A DNA stretch of 64,000 bases, from positions 1 through 64,000 of the forward strand of contig CAXXVO010000012.1 in assembly GCA_963422645.2 (NCBI GenBank). The letters are read 5' to 3'. The position numbers and the translations under genes are program-made. Origin of the DNA: Alphaproteobacteria bacterium. Lineage in GTDB: Bacteria; Pseudomonadota; Alphaproteobacteria; UBA828. Shown in pieces: positions 60,853 through 64,000 of the stretch (its first letter is position 1; each line of letters begins with the position of its first letter). The notes beneath the pieces were generated by a model. That model searched no databases, was not told the origin of the DNA, and worked only from the letters and a program-made list of their open reading frames with translations.

Positions 60853-61833
60853 ATGAAGAAGCGCTCACCCGTATCGAAGACCATTCGAGGCCTCGCGGCA
60901 GCAGCCGTGATCGCCGCATTCTCGGCGGTGGGGTTCGCGTCTGACGCAACCGCAGCCGACAAGACGCTGGCGTGGATCCCGAAATCGACCGATTCGTCGT
61001 TCTGGCTCGCCATCAAGCGGGGTGCCGAAAAAGCCGGCGCGGAACTGGGATACGAGGTCCTCTACGTCGGCGTGCAGGACCAGACCAACATCGCCGGCCA
61101 GATCAACCTGGTCAACGACATGGTCACCCGCAGGATCGACGGCATTCTGATCGCCGCGACCGATGCCAAGGCGCTGTCCGACCCGGTGACCAAGGCCATC
61201 GAGGCCGGCGTGCCGGTCATCACGGTGGATTCCGGCATCGACCCCGACACCTCGCTCGCCTACATCGCCACCGACAACATCGGTGCCGCCGAGGCCGCCG
61301 CGGAGCATCTGGCGGGGCTGATCGGCGGCAAGGGCAAGGTCGGCGACATCGGCATCACCGCCGGCTCCCAGACCGGGTACGAGCGCGAGAACGGCTTCCT
61401 CGAGCAGATGAAGAACTATCCCGATATCGAGGTGGTGCCGGTGCAGTACTCGGGGTGCAGCCCGGCCAAGGCGCTGAACATCGCGACCGACCTGTACACC
61501 GGCAATCCCGACCTCGTCGGCTTCTATGGCGCCTGCGACGGCGCCGGCACCGGCGCGGGTCAGCTCGCCAAGCAGAGAGAGCTCGATCTCCGCATCGTCG
61601 CCTTCGACAGCTCGGCCGAAGAATTCGAGTTGTTCAAGGAAGGCTACATCGACGCACTCATCCTGCAGGACCCGTTCAAGATGGGCTATGACGGCGTCTA
61701 TGCCATGGACCAGATCCTGAAGGGCGGGACGGTTGAGCCGCGCGTCGTGGCGATTCCGGCGCAGGTGGTGACGCTGGAGAACATGAACGAGCCCGCCATC
61801 CAGAAGCTGCTCACCGACATGGAGCTTCTGTAA
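60853..61833 (+). CDS. Sugar ABC substrate-binding protein
   Basis: Signal peptide, IATDN, AFD, QDPFKMGY. Confidence 0.88.
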   Translation: MKKRSPVSKTIRGLAAAAVIAAFSAVGFASDATAADKTLAWIPKSTDSSFWLAIKRGAEKAGAELGYEVLYVGVQDQTNIAGQINLVNDMVTRRIDGILIAATDAKALSDPVTKAIEAGVPVITVDSGIDPDTSLAYIATDNIGAAEAAAEHLAGLIGGKGKVGDIGITAGSQTGYERENGFLEQMKNYPDIEVVPVQYSGCSPAKALNIATDLYTGNPDLVGFYGACDGAGTGAGQLAKQRELDLRIVAFDSSAEEFELFKEGYIDALILQDPFKMGYDGVYAMDQILKGGTVEPRVVAIPAQVVTLENMNEPAIQKLLTDMELL

Positions 61834-61951
61834 TCGTACCCACGGCCGGGCGCGGCGCGCGGCCGCTCGCCCGGTGACGCAAAGGAACGGGCCTCCACTG
61901 CGTTTCGGCGTAGTGGAGGCCCACGTCGCCGTAGCAAGAGGAGAATCGACG

Positions 61952-62995
61952 ATGACACCGAAGTTGCACAGAACGGCTCTATCGGCGCTCGCTGCGATCG
62001 GCCTGGCCGCGGTCATCACCGGCGCTCAGGCGCAGGAGATCGACACGATCGCGGTATTGGTGCCAGAGCAGGGCACCGACTACGGCTGGAACCAGCAGGG
62101 CGTGGACGCGACCCGGGCGGTCGGCGAGGCCATGGGGCTCGAGGTGATCGCGGCCGAGGGCCTCGGCTACGGCGACGTGCGGCCGACGCTGCGCGAGCTC
62201 GCGGCGGAAGGCGCCGATCTGATGATCGCGCACGCCAGCGGCTACAACACCGCAGCACCCGAGATCGCCGCTGAGACCGGGGTTGCGGTCGCAATCGTGG
62301 ACAGGCCGGAAGACATGGTGGCGGGCCTCGTCGCCGACTACACGCTGAGCGGGCATCACGGCGCCTATATGGCCGGCATGCTGGCGGCGCAGCTTTCGCG
62401 CACCGGCACGCTCGGCATCGTCGTCTCCGGTGAGCCGCCGTCCTGGAACTCGCAGTCCGCCGGCTTCGCCATGGGCGCACGCGCGGCCAATCCGGACGTC
62501 AACCTGCTCTACGCGGTGATCGGCCCTGCGGCCTATGCCGATGCGGCCGGTGGCAAGCGGGTCACGGAATCGGTCATCGCCGCCGGCGCCGACATCGTCT
62601 TTGGCCAGGGCGACGGCTCCACCTTTGGCATGCTCCAGGCGGTGGAGACGGTGCCTGCGGCCGATGGCGGCAAGGTGCTCTTCATCGACGTGATCGGCGA
62701 CAAGAGCGAGATCGACAAGGGCCACCTGCTCTCGTCGGTGGTCTGGAACATGGTGCCGGTCTACACCGCGATGGTCGAAGACCTGAAGAGCGGCACCTTC
62801 GGCACCGTCGGCTACGCCATCCAGCTTGCGGACGATTCGGTGCAGCTGCTGCGGACAGCGCACATCTCTGACGAGATGTGGGCGGGGCTGATGGACGTCC
62901 GGGCCCAGATCATCGCGGGCGAGATCGACGTGCCGGCGGTCTGGGAAGCCACGGAGGTGCGCGCCCTGATGTCGTCGGTCGAGGCGGCTGAGTAG
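61952..62995 (+). CDS. BMP-family (nucleoside) ABC substrate-binding protein
   Basis: DYGWNQ, YMAGMLAA..SRTG.LG, GADIVF. Confidence 0.82.
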   Translation: MTPKLHRTALSALAAIGLAAVITGAQAQEIDTIAVLVPEQGTDYGWNQQGVDATRAVGEAMGLEVIAAEGLGYGDVRPTLRELAAEGADLMIAHASGYNTAAPEIAAETGVAVAIVDRPEDMVAGLVADYTLSGHHGAYMAGMLAAQLSRTGTLGIVVSGEPPSWNSQSAGFAMGARAANPDVNLLYAVIGPAAYADAAGGKRVTESVIAAGADIVFGQGDGSTFGMLQAVETVPAADGGKVLFIDVIGDKSEIDKGHLLSSVVWNMVPVYTAMVEDLKSGTFGTVGYAIQLADDSVQLLRTAHISDEMWAGLMDVRAQIIAGEIDVPAVWEATEVRALMSSVEAAE

Positions 62996-63115
62996 CGCAC
63001 GCAGAGACAGCAGGCGGCGCCCGGCCGCGAGGAATCGCACGCCGGGCGCGCCTGCCCTTTTTCTCCGGGGGTGCTGCGGCGCCCTCCCGCCCGAACGGAC
63101 GCCCGTGGCCTGACT

Positions 63116-64000
<885 letters not shown>

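Overview
GC-rich bacterial chromosome segment, probably alphaproteobacterial judging from the dnaE-rpsB-tsf-pyrH-frr-uppS block. (1) 1-~28.6 kb is the right part of an integrative, probably mobilisable element. It has tandem tyrosine integrases plus a secreted HNH/Excalibur nuclease at its end, and an F-plasmid-like MOBF nic site at 16665-16686 with an RHH gene. On one side of the nic site is a decayed 'leading region' (SLOG/DUF2493, DUF4326, toprim, MoxR ATPase, SRAP, two structured 116-bp repeats, IS21 scar). On the other side is a defence operon: AbiEi-AbiEii, complete class I DISARM (drmD-MI-A-B-C) and an OLD-family nuclease. (2) 28.6-38 kb holds a PIN toxin-antitoxin pair, an SbmA/BacA-like transporter and a liv-type ABC transporter with a class IV aminotransferase. 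(3) 38.2-47.7 kb is a nest of mobile elements between two truncated host genes: a DUF4338 IS remnant, a 7.8-kb TGA...TCA element (DDE transposase, ExeA ATPase, RepA-like helicase, primase, large serine recombinase), and a Mu-like remnant whose nuclease-like ORF is followed by a predicted pseudoknot RNA. (4) 48-64 kb is housekeeping and ABC transport genes. All family calls come from motif recognition by eye; no searches were run.
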